Below are positions 15,539 to 30,773 of a DNA stretch of 64,000 nt, piece after piece (position 1 is the first letter of the stretch; every line of letters begins with the position of its first letter). The stretch is from contig CT868507.1 of NCBI GenBank assembly GCA_000165425.1, positions 372,001 through 436,000 of the forward strand, given 5' to 3'. Source of the DNA: Paramecium tetraurelia. Lineage: Eukaryota. The notes below the pieces were generated by a model. That model worked only from the letters and a program-made list of their open reading frames with translations, was not told the origin of the DNA and made no database searches. The translations under genes were made by a program, and so were the position numbers.

Positions 15539-15795
15539 TATAATTTATTATTGACTTATTAAGCTAAATATTTGATTTGGATAATTTTTTTCATTTTTAG
15601 AACAGATTACAAATAAGCTTTGATTATATATTATTTCTTGAATTAATTTTTTAAATAAAAATAGGATTAATATGTAAGATAGTTGTAATTATAATAAAAC
15701 ATAATTTTTGAGAAGGTGAGTCATTGACAAGCTATATTGACTGTATATATTAATGTACATTTTAATTAATCTTCTAAAATAAATTTTTATAGGAA

Positions 15796-18700
15796 TCAAT
15801 CTTTTAAATCTAACAAATCTAAGTACTTTTGATAACGAGTTTATTTATCCTTTTCAAATGAAATAATATATTATCCAATTCCTTCTTAACCCAAGTCCGT
15901 TTCATCTAAATTTCCTTCACTTGTATTGATTGCTGGATCTGTAAAGTTGCTACCAACTCCTTACACGTCGCAAATTAAATACTAAAATTCACTAATGTGA
16001 TATGTGTAATAAGAGAACACCTAAGCTATATTGTTTAAGATGTTGTTATTTGGGTTAATATATCCATAGTTATTATTGAATTTGACAAAATCTCCCTTGA
16101 AAAATCGTTCTGCAATCCAGAAGCTTGCTAAAAATAATGAAATAATTTATACAATCGTGCTCTTAAAGGATTAAGAAATCCGAATACCTAATTTAAATAT
16201 CATGGAATCCTTTGTCACTTAAATCAGACATAAACTTTTGCATTAAGCTTTTTGAAATCAAATGGGATCTGCATTCCAAGATTGCCTCATTTCTGGTTTT
16301 ATAAGTTTAACCTCTAGAAATAAATAAAATAAATACCCAATTGGCATCTTAATAACATAAACTTCGTCCTAACTATTCAATTTTTTCATCAGGTAGACTT
16401 CTTTAAGCTGCCCAAAAGCAAATGGCTTTAATGTTCTTACACAACTCCATTCACTTTCAAGTGTTACATTATAATCTTCTGGGATTTTAATTTTATAGAT
16501 TGTTGTAATATTTCTTTCAAAAGCTTTCTAATTAATTTCTACACGAAACACCTTAAATTTAGTTTCGATAGTTGTTATTTTAGGATCTAAATTGAACTTT
16601 GTTGGATCAGGTAACAGCTTAAATAAGGCCTCAAATGCCCCGTCTCTTTTTGGGTTTTCTTTTTTAGTTTTAGTTCCTTATTAATTCACTTCTGTTATGG
16701 AGATAGATGCCTCAGAAATAATATTTATTAGCTAATCTTAAATTTAATCAGGTTTACGGTTTTTTAAATCTACTATAATTAACATTTATTATTTGTTTTA
16801 TTTTGCATAGAAGTTTTTCATTTAAGCAAACATAACATCTGTATTTTATGAGAATTCAATTCCAATCAAGACTATATTTTTATTAATTAATAGTTATAAA
16901 GCATCCTCTAAATCTTCATCTGGATAATCATCCAAAACCTTACCTGCCCATTTTTTACCATGGCATGGAGCATCACAGATTAATAAAGCGATTTTAAAAT
17001 ATTTCTCCCATTTCAAATTATTTAACATTTATTTAACTCCATTTCTTAAGTCTTCAGCACCATCATCTCCACCATCACAAACAATCTTCTTTAAGAAACT
17101 TATCATTTTATTTGAGTCCTTGGTAAAATGATGTTACATATATTCTCCTCTTTGTTTTAACTCTGCAAAATCTTAATAACAAACAGCTCCCCATTCACAA
17201 TCTCGATTTGTTTAACTTTTAATGCAACCCATAGTTTTTTGGATCATATTCATTGTTGCATCTTTATATTCGTCCATAGATCCTGTTACATCAACCAGTA
17301 GTCCAACTTAGAGTATTCCTTAAGAATTCATAATGGCTTCTCTTAATTTGCAAGCCTTTTTCTACTTTTCAATCTTTGCTTATTAATCCCTCTCTTCTTT
17401 GACCTTCCTTTGTACTTCATTCTATTCTTTTTATCTCATCAATTCATTTTATTTTTTCTCTTCCTCCAACCTATTCCTTTCACGAATTTCTCGCTATGTA
17501 TTTTCTTGAAGTCTTTGTAATTCTTAATTGAAATGAGGAATAAATGATGCACTATTGTTTCCACCCTAATTTTTACTTGTTTCTTCTTAAATATATTTTA
17601 TGATTTTTTTATCATTATCAATTTCAATTTATTATAATTGAATTTAGTGTTCTTGAGTAGAAACTGTTTCTTTTAACTTTCCAATTTCTTTTTCTCTGTC
17701 CTCTCTTTTCTTTTATTCAACAAAAGCCTTATGATCTAATTCTTAAACTTTAGATTCGAGCATTTAAAGCTTTGATGATAACTCTTTAATAAGTCTAGCA
17801 TGTTCTTCATTTTAATTTGATTAATCTATTTATTATTTGTTATCATTTCTTCTTTCTAATTGTTTTTTCAGTTATTCTATTTCGTATTCCTAATTTTATA
17901 TTTTTGAATCCCTTTCTCTCAATTGCCTAGATAGTGAGGAATTTTTTGATCTTAAATCATCTATTGTACTCAAATACTATGCGATTAAATCTTAATTATT
18001 ATTATTATTTCCAGTCGATCGAAGGATTTATTGTCTATACCTGTTAAATTCAGTTTCCCTCTGCTACAATTGTTCTCTAAAATTTATACAATATTATTAT
18101 ACTTTAAGTCAACTATTTCAGCATTTAGATATCTGATTTTCGTTTAATTTTACTAATTCGTATTGTTTGTAATATCTTATTACTTATTTAATTCATCAAT
18201 ATGTCCTTATCTTTGTTAAAAAGACTCTTCCTCAAATTCATTTTTCTATTTTAAAATTTCTTTTTTTAGTTAATGAATTTAAATTTCCAATTTTTTAATT
18301 ATTTCTTTTAAATGGTCTATTTCTTCTTCATATTATTCTTTTAATTTTTCTATTTATTTATCTGGTTGTTTTACGGTTTGGGTAGGTATAATTGGTTTTT
18401 GAAATTGAAATTAATTTGGGCTTATTTAAGGAATAGGAGCTTGAAATTGGCTGTTTGGGGGAAATGCAGATCCTTGATATGCATTATGATTTGGAATTTG
18501 ATATGTAGATGTAGAAAATTGATCAGGGATGCCTATACCCCCTGATTACATAAATGTATTGATGTGGGGTTGAGGTGCTGATGATGTAAATTATAGAGGG
18601 TTATTCATTTGCCCTTGTAGATATTAATTTTGACTGGGGGGGGGGAATTGTTGACCTAGTTATTAAGGTTAGGGTAAAAAAGAAGGGTTTTACCCTAAGC

Positions 18701-19193
18701 CACCTAAAGATGGGGGTTGTATAAATTAGGCTGGACTATTTAATTAGCCTGAACTATTTAATTGATCTTAGTTTTAAAAAGGAAATTAATTTTATTTTTG
18801 AACATTTCCAAGCATTTAATCTTGAATCATAATTAATTATTTACCATTAAATTACATAGGTCCTGGATAGAGTCCTAAATTATTCACAGGTGGTTGGATC
18901 CCTAAAATTTATATATTAGAAGTAACAATATTATTTTCTTATGTATATCTCTATTATTCCTTAAGTTAAACAAACAATGAAGGAAGTTATTAATTGGTAA
19001 TATTTTGCTATGCAAGTGTTTAATGAGGGACTAAAATTTTATTGCCTAATTCTGAGCAAATTAAAAGATCAAAAGAATCTAAATGTAAATTTAACTTAGT
19101 TGAGATTTATTCATAGATCTATTGACCATAGACTTAAGAATTTGGACATTGAATTGGAAAGTCTTTCCCATCATAATGGACTTGTAATTGCAT
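15796..19193 (-). CDS. vWA-domain alpha-kinase (eEF2K/MHCK family) with Gln/Pro-rich and coiled-coil N-terminal half
   Basis: vWA motifs LLVDVTGSM, GGDDGAED and ICDAPCHG. Alpha-kinase motifs PFAFGQLKEVY, WIAERFFKGDFVKFNNNYG, AQVFSYYTY, ICDVQGVG and FTDPAI. Small introns near 18902-18926, 16315-16337 and 16128-16150. Confidence 0.88.
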
Positions 19194-19358
19194 CTATTTC
19201 TATTAAAAAATATTAATAAAAATTAGATCAATTAACTTATGACTTTAATAGAAAAACCTTATAGAAATTCTAAATTTATATTAAAGTATTATCATTTTTT
19301 TTGCTTGATGAGCTATCAAAAAATGTTAGTGAAAATTATATATTTTTTATTTATAAAA

Positions 19359-20169
19359 ATGGAACCTCTTACTATTGCTTGTGTTTTTGCGATTTTTGGT
19401 ATTCTTATTAAAATTACCATGGATAATGGCGATTAACATAATCAAAGATACCTAGTCGATAAAGACTACGAAATAAATAAGGAGAAATTTAAAGAAATTT
19501 TTGGATCTCATATTTCATATCATCTTTCCTAATTAGAGAAGTAAGATATAAATATTAATTATGTACTATCTAAACTAAGTCTAGCAATTTATTGATGAAT
19601 AGTTTTTGAAAGCCAATCTGACTCATATAAATTTAAAAGATTTTCAATATGATGAAAATCAAATAGATATTGAATTCGAACAATAGAACAATACAATCCT
19701 AATAATGGTACCTATCTAATAATTTGATTTAATGGTTCATCTTGAATTATGGAACATTTTCACTAATTCATCAAAATAACTAAATTTTCATTTTAAAGTT
19801 AAGAATCTATAAATCAAGATTAGATATAAGTTCGATGGTGCATATATGGTGTTTGTGGATAAATGGTTTCCGAAATTCAAATTTGGATAATTCGAATTTG
19901 TAGATGATGAAGAAAATGCTAAATATTCAAAAAAAAAGAAAATAATAGATTGGTTGTTGTATAAATTTCATAATTATATTGAAAATACTATTGTGTAAAA
20001 GTTAATGAAGTCTTTAGAATTTAGTTAATTAAATGCAAATTTTTAGGGGCTTGGATCAAATAGGAATATCAACAATATAAGATTGTTGAATAATTAGAAA
20101 CTTTCAATAACAATTTAATAGTATAATGATGAGATACTTTAGATAGATGGCTTATTGAAAAAAAAGTGA
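19359..20169 (+). CDS. Hypothetical protein with N-terminal hydrophobic signal/anchor
   Basis: Starts MEPLTIACVFAIFGILIKIT. The frame is open to TGA 20167-20169 after removing one 22-nt intron (gtactatc...tctag). Confidence 0.6.
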
Positions 20170-20219
20170 AATATTTATTTATTTATTATTATTTTTATAA
20201 AATTCTTTAAATAATATTT

Positions 20220-21379
20220 ATGTTATAAAAGGCAAACAATTAACAAAATGGGGTCTAAAACAAAATCTAAAATATCAACAACAATTAATCTATACGTAAA
20301 AAAAGTTAATATTATCAGCAGCTGTAAACCCCCTTTTTATTAGAGAATCAGATTAATAAAATGGTAAAAGACAATCATCGAATTTATCTTTTAATTAATT
20401 TAGAGAAAATGGATCCGCACCATTATATTAAAATTCAAACAATATTGATTATTAGGCTCAGGATAAATTTAAAGTATTTAAAAATTTTATTTAGGTACTT
20501 TACAATACAAACTAGTTGAACTAATTCTCTCCTTAAATCCCCATCAAATAATATAATTCATAATAGTTTTAGCCAAATAATATGGTACAAAACTAGAGTT
20601 CTGATTATTTTTAACAAAATATTTAGCAACCAAACCAAGAATTACAAAGACCTAAAAATTCAGTTTCATTGCATAATCATGGTTTTGGAGCTTTAGTAAA
20701 TTAATAATAATATAATCACAATTCTGAGCCAATTCCATAATCAACCCCATATCCTAATTAAAATAACAGCAAGATAAAAATTATCTCAAGTAGTAAAAAT
20801 AACAATCCATCATTAATAGAAATAGATAATAGTAATAGTATATTTTTTAATTAAATAGAAAATGCAAATATAAATAATTATCAGCCAAATATAAATACCT
20901 CCCCAACTGTAATAGACTTGGATTTATTCAAAAGATAATATACTATTCCAAAAGCACAATCAGAATAGTTTACTACCCAAGTAGACTAATCATTATTTGA
21001 GCGTTCTTCTACTTAAATTCAATAAACAACTCCACAGCCTAAATATAATAGCTTTAATTAGAATTAATAGCTATAGCAAACTTTTATATAGACGTAGACA
21101 ATATTTAAAACAAAAGAAATGAATTGTTTAAATTGCAGAATGCTCATACACAGCATATCGATTGGACTCAATTGTTAACATTTTTACCACCAAGAATGCT
21201 ATAACGAGATAATCAATCAATAAATAAATGCAGGGAAAGGTATTATTTTTTGTATATGCAATAAAAAAATTTCTCAAAAGCAACTAAAATAAAATTTGCC
21301 AGAAAGAATTATTAACGAAATTTATAAAAATTAATCAAGGATATTATAAGATATTTATATTGAAAAAACGAGAAAATGA
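20220..21379 (+). CDS. Gln/Asn-rich protein with C-terminal RING finger
   Basis: C-terminal CLNC..LNCQHFYHQEC..CIC motif. Two small GT-AG introns near 20296 and 20474. The start codon is uncertain. Confidence 0.65.
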
Positions 21380-21598
21380 TTTTGATAATTTACAAAAATA
21401 TATCAAATCTTTTTATTGAAAAGTATTATTTTTTCTTATTGCTTATAGAGTTAAAATATCATTTCTTTTTCATTAAGGAATATAGAATGAAACCTTGAAT
21501 AGTAAATAGATGTAGAAATAACTATAGTAAATGGCAATTAATTGTTGCTTTTAACAATTTTGAATATGGTAATTATAAAAATTAATAAACTTAATGAA

Positions 21599-24500
21599 TC
21601 ATTTTTATTGATTTATCAATACTTTTAAGTAAGCTTTTGCATTTCTTAATCTCCTAATATTGTCAACAGGTATCATCAAGAGTGTCATTCTAGTCTTCCA
21701 AATATCTCTATTTAAATGTCGATGGAATGGTATCCAATACAATAGATATATCAAGAGTATGATAATCATAAAAGAAATAAACAAGCCTAATTTTTAGGAT
21801 AAATAGGAATTCTGCTTTACTTAAGAACCCTTAATAAAGCTGTCACCTAAATATCGAATTGCAGTTCTTAATAATAAGAATATTATACTTAAAATAGATT
21901 CTTTACATTTGTTTGACTTCCTGCATCTTAGACAGTTTCATCAAATTGATTCTCAAATTGTCTGCTTCATTCGCAAAAATTATTATTTCTTCTGAATCAA
22001 TAAAATTAGATAAAGGAGGCGTAGGAGTTTAAATGGTTAGAGTGTATATACTTGATAAATACCTTAAATTTTCAAAAAATCTTGTTAAAGCCACAGTGAA
22101 TCCACTTTTAACACTAGTTTCAGCAAATGCTTCACAATCAGTGATGCTTATATTCGCTATTTCATTTAATCTTTGGCAAGGATTGGAAAACATAATTGTA
22201 TTGTAAGCTTCTATGTAGACTGATTCATGTTTATCAATATTCGATGAATGTTCCTTGTGAATTGTTGAGTCTAATTAATATAAGCGATATAAATTGTCGT
22301 ATTGTGTTTGTACAGCAGGTTAACTTTATACTTCCAAAGTGGAATCAATTAAGACAGCCTACTAAACATTGTTACAGAACGCATAAAAGCCTTCAGCCAT
22401 GATCGTAGAATTTGCCTCATAAATCAATTATCTGACATCACTTAAATTTTATTTCTGAAGGACAAGTTGCATAATGAAATATGCTTCCATTAGTCCTGCT
22501 ATAAGAATTACTTAAATATAAAATCTAATAGGAGCTTTAGTTGTATTTTTAAATTTCTTCTTTTTCTTCTTTTTAGAATCAATGGCTGCCATATCATCCT
22601 GCTCAATCTAATGTTCAAAATCTTCATCTTTTTCACTGCCTTCCCCATCAATAGAGTTCACATATTTTACAAAAGCTTCGCACTTATTGAACAAAGCTTT
22701 GACGACTTTAGATGGTAACTCTAAGAACATAATGATGACTTATTCTTTAGCCAATCTAGTAGACAACAATATTATAACTACAATCGCCAAGGAAAGAGCT
22801 AAAATAACACCAGCGACCACAACAATTATTACAAAATTGGTTGATTTATCTGCTGTTTTAGAAATGAAATCATCTATAGTATAGGATAAAACACTCAATT
22901 GGGCATCCAAATATGAATTGAAACCATTCTATATTGTAAAGTAGAGAGCCACATCATCAGATTTTAATGATATCGAGTCCAAAGGGTAATTCATGATAGT
23001 TAAGGCATAACTAAGTAATTAATTTGATGCTTCTTAAAAATCATATGGTTGACTGTTGGTTGCATTAAATTTCATATTTATATTGGGTTCATTATACAAA
23101 GTCTTTAGTTCAGATGGGAATTAATAGCCACTTAAAATGATGTAATTTAATCCTTCTTAGATATAATCTATGCTTGATTTCATTTCACTTTTTAAAATGG
23201 TTTCATTTTATGTTATTTAGACTGAACCATTACCATACAATTTTTGGTTGAGTAATTATAAATCTCGAATATTTTCAAGAAGGTAATTCCATTCAGCAAC
23301 AAGATTTGTTTGAGTATTGTAAACTTCTAGTGTTAGTTATATGTCTTATAATTGGTTTATCTATATAATATATATAAAATAATTACATCTAAAAAGTAAT
23401 CAACAAAGGCCAGTACAAGCATAGACAAAGTTAGGAAGGTTTCAGCAATTCTAATAAACTTAATGGGAAATGGAGTTTGATTTTGATTGATGGCTTATTC
23501 CAATTTGGTTCTGCTTTGAAAAGCGTCCTGTTCGGATTACTATTCTTCAGAATCATCATATAATAAATTTTAGTTTACTCCTTAATATTAATTGCCTTCA
23601 TACTCTTGTTCTTCCTCCTCCATTACTTAATCATCATCATTCACAATTTCACCAACTTTATTTTAGAATAATCTCACTGTTCTTATACCTTCATCATATC
23701 TAATTTTATTGCTTGCAGGTTATATTTCATTAAACTTTGGTGATCCCTCTTGAGAATCTGTCTTCTCTTATTTGTTGGAGATAGTTGCGTTCTATTTCTA
23801 TGGAGTTACGAAACTATCATCATTTCTTGATTGTTCTATCCTAGATCCTAAATCAGAATAGCTAGGCAACTCCTAATAACATCCCTCAATGTACATTGTT
23901 TTGTCCTCATCATATTTGCTTTAGAAAATAAATTTATTTTAATTCATTTTTAATTTCTTATCCATTAATAGATTGGCTGATTTCTTTGAAATAATCGAAC
24001 TATTAAGTTGGGACGCAGCTAAATCAGAGACTCTTTCAAATTTAAAGCAATATCCAGCTGGGAAATTGGCATAAGTAAATGAGATTTCCTAGCAATAGCA
24101 TTGTAATTAAATTGGTTTATCATCAATTCCACTATAAATAAAATCTTTATCTTCTTTTTTTCTTACTCCCTCAATGGTTTTTAAGATGTCTTTAGGAATT
24201 GTATAAGAAACTGCACTTCCTAACTTATTCAAAAATTGATCCTTATCAGTAATTGATGGGAAGAGATCAAAGAAGTTTCTCTTTGCTTTTATGTATCTTA
24301 TGTCTAGTTTCAATAAACTTAAACAGCCAGTGCTAATTCCTTCAATTTGATTTTTTGGGTTGACTAAGATGAAGGCATTTTATCTATTGAATTTATCTTA
24401 GGTAAAGGTTCCAAGAAAGGAGATTCCATTTTTGACTGAATTGATTGGTTTGATGTTCAGATTCATTTAGAAGAGATACCCAGATTTATTCTTACATATA

Positions 24501-26581
24501 ACTTATCTATCTTTGCTTACATACTTGTAATCGGAATTGTTAATGAAATCCTCAACAAATCGATCATGTGATTTTCCAATCATGTCTGGCATCAGAATTT
24601 GTATATTTTAATTCATTAATTCACTTTTTGTATAATGAAACAATGCTGCTCCACTAGAATTTATTTATTGAATTAATCCAAATTTCTCATTGTCACTTGA
24701 TAACACAATAGTAGGAGTTGGATCATTACTGAAATCGTGATTGTCAATATCATCAATTTTACTATTATTATATCCTTGTATCATCTTACGCAAAGTGTCA
24801 TTCAAACTGACTCCGTATTCTTTATCATTCAATATTTCAATCAAAAATACTGAGTACAACATGATACTTGGCTAATGATTTGGACATACTCTTTTCAACT
24901 TTTGCCACAACTCTTATACCATTCTAATACTATCCGTAACTTTCTTGCCACTCACTTCCAATTTAGCAACATCTGGAGTTTCTTCATTTAATTCTGACCA
25001 GTATTCCATATGCAAATATGCACATTTCTCAATTTGCATGGCTAGACCACTAATAATAGGTGGAGCTGCTGAAATTGGCAAGATTTCATGATTCGAAATC
25101 GTCTTTTCATTTTAATCATCTTATATTTCACTTTCAACGATTCTTTTGTATTTGTACAAAACGAACTGAGTATCCAAACTGGGTTCACATTCCTCAGCCT
25201 TCTATAACTCTTATAATGCTTTATGCTTATACGACATGACTTCCAATAAGAAGAAAGCATACTAAATTCTTAAGTCGACATTCTTCTCAAACTTCTCCAA
25301 TCCTTGATCCAGAATTCTATAGAGAGTTAGGATCAAAAGGGCTTGTTTGTCATTTTTGACTTCAGAATTATTCTATTTAATTTATTGAATCAATCTCTTA
25401 TTCCACCCTGGTTTGTATTTCTTTAGAGGACAATCTGTTTTTTCACATGTTTACCTATGCACTTCTATATATCCATCTAAGATAACTGCGTATTTAGTTT
25501 CATTCTGCAATCTGAGCAGTGTCAATATATATCTGACCTAGGATATGATCTCTTCCGGACTATTCAGTTTATTCACATTTGCCACTAAACTCTCTAACTG
25601 TCTGTCTCTTTGAGTCAAGACAATACTTATAACAAATGGTATTCCAACCAACCAAGCAACAATAGAACCGCCTATCAAATTGCCTTCCATTGCTGTCGCC
25701 ACTGCCAACATAAAGGCACTCCACATTAGCAAAGATGAAAGTGTAGAGTGAAACCTTGTAAATAGAAAACTATGATATTGGGTGCCAAGGGAGAATGCAA
25801 GGAATATGATTAAACTACCTCCCAAGGTAATCACTAATAAAATGTATGCGAAGTTCCGGTTATGCATTATTGAGAATGCTATCTCCTACACTATTACATA
25901 ACTCTACATTATAGCATCTGCTCTGCCATTTATTTTGGCTGTTTAATCATTTGCTCGAAATCGACATTCAAAATAGGTGAAGATAATTGTCATCGACAAT
26001 ATGATATACAACATCAGGTTTAGGAATGCTGCTATGCAATATCCTATGTGTGTTGCTGTGAAGCATTGCAAATCGTAAAATTTGCTTACTCCATTTGCAT
26101 CGTCCACACATTTCCATGCAGATGTATTGTAATTTATTATTGGCATAAACAAGACTGTTATTAATAATAATAGGACAACCCTCAAAATTGATGATGCTGT
26201 TCGATTGATGTATGAACTTGTGTGATATTGATATCCAAAGTAAATTATTATAGTTATTAATGAAATGAACAATCCTGTTTGAATGAATAAAAATATTACA
26301 TAACTCTGCAGGCTCGTAAAGTAAACTTTGAAAAGCAGACGCTCTATGAAGATGTTAATTGCATTTGAAATCCCATCATTCTACCAAACATAACCTATTT
26401 CCTCTCTAAACATATAACTATGCAATTATATGTATTAAATCAAATTTAAAATCGCCAAAAATAATGCATTGATTTTCGATTCCTTTTATAAAATGTACAA
26501 GAATCCAAAAATAAAGTTCTTTACAAAATTACTCACTGTTTACAGTAGCGAATTATCGTCGTAATTCTTTAAATTATTCAT
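21599..26581 (-). CDS. PAS-domain multi-pass transmembrane protein (ciliate TmcB-like family)
   Basis: N-terminal TM bundle, then YIEVHRQTCEKTDCP, a PAS-like segment (ALFHYTKSELMNQNIQILMPDMIGKSHDRFVEDF...KNKSGYLF), further TM segments, and a C-terminal MTLLMIP motif. Confidence 0.82.
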
Positions 26582-26811
26582 AAAAATACTTTATTATAAA
26601 TTAAATATTTAATTTCATATAAAAAACCCAATTATCACTCCCTTATTATCAAATTCAAAACTATTAATCATTCAACACACACAACTATCTTTCAAATTCT
26701 ATTTGTAATCAAATTGACTGTTTTATTTGATTATTATTATTTCAATTGCAATTTTATACCTGTCCAAATAAGATAATATATATACATGCTATTTCATCTT
26801 CATTAGAACAT

Positions 26812-27429
26812 ATGAATAATAAATAACAAAAGAAAGTTGTTCAAAATTTTATTAGCTAAGTAATTATGGTAAGGAAAAATATATAAGATATTAAACAAAT
26901 ATTAGATTTCATAGATTTTGACATTGTAAAACCTAATTAATTCTAAATTCCTTCTTGTTTTACTGATGAAGGCAATTCTTCACGAATGAAGTTGAACACT
27001 AGAATAACTGTAAAATTATGATAACATTTCTAATGATTTCAAGAATAAAAATTTGAATTAGACATAAGGGCATAATTCAATTGAAATTATTTTGATTTTA
27101 AATAACCTAAGAAGAAAAAGGGTAATTAAATTATTGAAAGTAACATAAAAAAAATCTGATTATTTAAATTGTTTATAATGATTAATTGAACTTATAAGTA
27201 GATTATGAAGAATTAAATAGATATCATATTTCAGAATAATAATAATTAAGAGATAGTAAATTAACAACTCAAACTATTCAAAATAAAAAAAATACTTAGG
27301 TTTAATTTAAAAAGATTGCATTAATATCTAAACACACCAAATTATCTTTTACAATAGAACCAATCAGACTACATAAACAGTCAATATTAATAATTTATTT
27401 CCTTCAAAATATTTATAATTAGATTTTGA
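26812..27429 (+). CDS. Possible small hypothetical protein
   Basis: ATG with coding-like composition, but the intron structure could not be resolved unambiguously. Confidence 0.3.
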
Positions 27430-27452
27430 AACAACAAAACATATGTATATAA

Positions 27453-28383
27453 TCATTATTTCTAATCTTTTCTGAAGAGCTTTTTGAATCTAGAGAGAAA
27501 TCCCTATGGTTTAGTGTTTTGGCTTTCTTGTTGTACCTTGCATTAATGAGTATTTAAATCTTAAAAATTTAAAATTATCATTTATTCGCAGTCATAACAA
27601 AATTTGAATCTCTATCCTTATCTCATTTCAATATGGTCTATTCCTAAATTACATTAATAATTATGTTCCATCTATTTACATTTCAAACAAAACGTTATCT
27701 TGCTCTCTTAGCAAGTAAATTTAGCTTGTCCATAATATATGAATTCCTCCTTACAACCTATAAAAGGACAGCAAGACCTAAATGAAGGAGAAATTTTTTC
27801 TAATAAATCTGTTTTAATTTTTGGATCCAATTAAATTGAACAAGTGCTGCATTTTACTTAATCCCTCTAATCAATTTCTTAGTAAAGACATAAATTGTGG
27901 AATTCATGTCCACATTAAGGGATTTTGAATTTTTCATCAGGTAGATCATTGATTTGGAAATTACAAATTCCACACAATGACTCATTCAACCCTTATTTAT
28001 CAATAGCGATCTGATTTTTTTGATTTATTTCAGGTTCTTAGATGATCTAGTCTTGAGGCAATTATTATTATAATTTTGCCTCAACTTATGGAAATAATCG
28101 GCAATTCTAATTTTTAAATGAACTAATTACTTCCTCATGCAGAAACTTTTGGAATAAGTCAAGTTTGTAGAATATAGATTTTTAAGAGAGTTCAACTTCT
28201 TGGTTTAATTGGTATAAGTAATTTGTAGCCTATTGAATTTCTTGTATTGTATTAATTAATCTAAATAAATGTATTTAATTACTTTCTGCCCCAGGCAACT
28301 CCAACCACAAATGAGTCTATCATTAACTCCTTCCCTCTGTTTCCTGAATCAGCTATTATCTCTATTATATTATTTAATTCCAT
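27453..28383 (-). CDS. RING finger plus IBR-like zinc-binding protein
   Basis: CGIC..QCGHEFHNLC..CSTC, followed by CPFIGCKEEF..FTC..TFCLKCKQMEH. A 22-nt intron lies near 28261-28282. Confidence 0.75.
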
Positions 28384-28467
28384 CCTTGTATAATAATTAA
28401 TTAATTCTTATAAATAAATGAAATAAGTGAAATAATTTAGTTTATTGAAACATGTATATATATCGAT

Positions 28468-29677
<1,210 letters not shown>

Positions 29678-29872
29678 AACAATATTATCGTTACAATCTC
29701 AATTAAAAGTTAGATTAATTTATAAAATAATAAATATAATCCTGTTGATCTCGTGTCTCATAGAAATGGTATAAGTGTTGATAAGAGTTTACAAATGCGA
29801 TTATGAAATTAGGAATTATGTTTAAATTACATATAATCTAGTATTGAGAATTAAATAAAAATTATATTATAA

Positions 29873-30736
29873 ATGGCTAACGTTGCTTTTTTGGATCCAA
29901 TGAAGAATGAGCCGAATCTTCAAACAGCTCAAGATGTCGATGATTATATAAATACTTTAACTTAACATTAAAATGCTTGCGAAAAGCAAGGGAAGTACAT
30001 GGAGGCAGAGGATGCCAGGAAAAGAATTATTGAGTTGAGGAAGTAACTTATAACAAAAAAAAAGAAAGAATTAATAATAAATTGGTAAAATCAAAAGGAT
30101 TAGGCTGAGAGAGCCCATATGGAAGAATACAATTAATTCAATTAGTTTTGGGATAACAAGATGTTAAATTTTAATGAGGAGGCCAAGTAGGTAGAATTGG
30201 AACTACAGAACCGTTAGTAGAACGAATACAAGCAATCACAAGAGGAACTAGAGCGATCCACTCCTTACAAACCGAAGGAATCATCTGAAGTGTTAAATCT
30301 AAAGAAAATTGAGGAGCATTTGGCTAAACAGAAGAAGTAAATATTGCACATAATTTATAGTTATGTAGAGGCACATGCTATACAGAATAAACGTGCTTAG
30401 TTGGAAGAGGAAGAGCTTAAATCATATTCTGCATAGAGAAGTTTGAAGATAAAAACTTAATTGCAATACTTGGAGTAGAGACATATGAATGAGTTGAATG
30501 CATTGCAGCAAAGAATAAAGGCAGGACAGGATGAGTTAAGGAAGAATAGAAGCATTGATTTGGAGAGGTATTTGATAGAATTACAATGAAGGTTATTATA
30601 GAAGTATCAAAACTTGAAGAAGGATTTAGAGTAGAGAGAATAGATGGACATCTTAGCATTTGATGGATAATTTAAAACAAAAGGATGTAGTAGTTAGAGT
30701 ACATATAAGAGTGTGATGATGATGTCTAAAAAATGA
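29873..30736 (+). CDS. Coiled-coil hypothetical protein
   Basis: MANVAFLDPMKNEPNL...CEKQGKYMEAEDARKRI. Small introns near 30337-30360 and 30568-30591. TGA at 30734-30736. Confidence 0.75.
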
Positions 30737-30773
30737 TCATTGCACATTTCCCTATATGTTTAATACTTAACAT

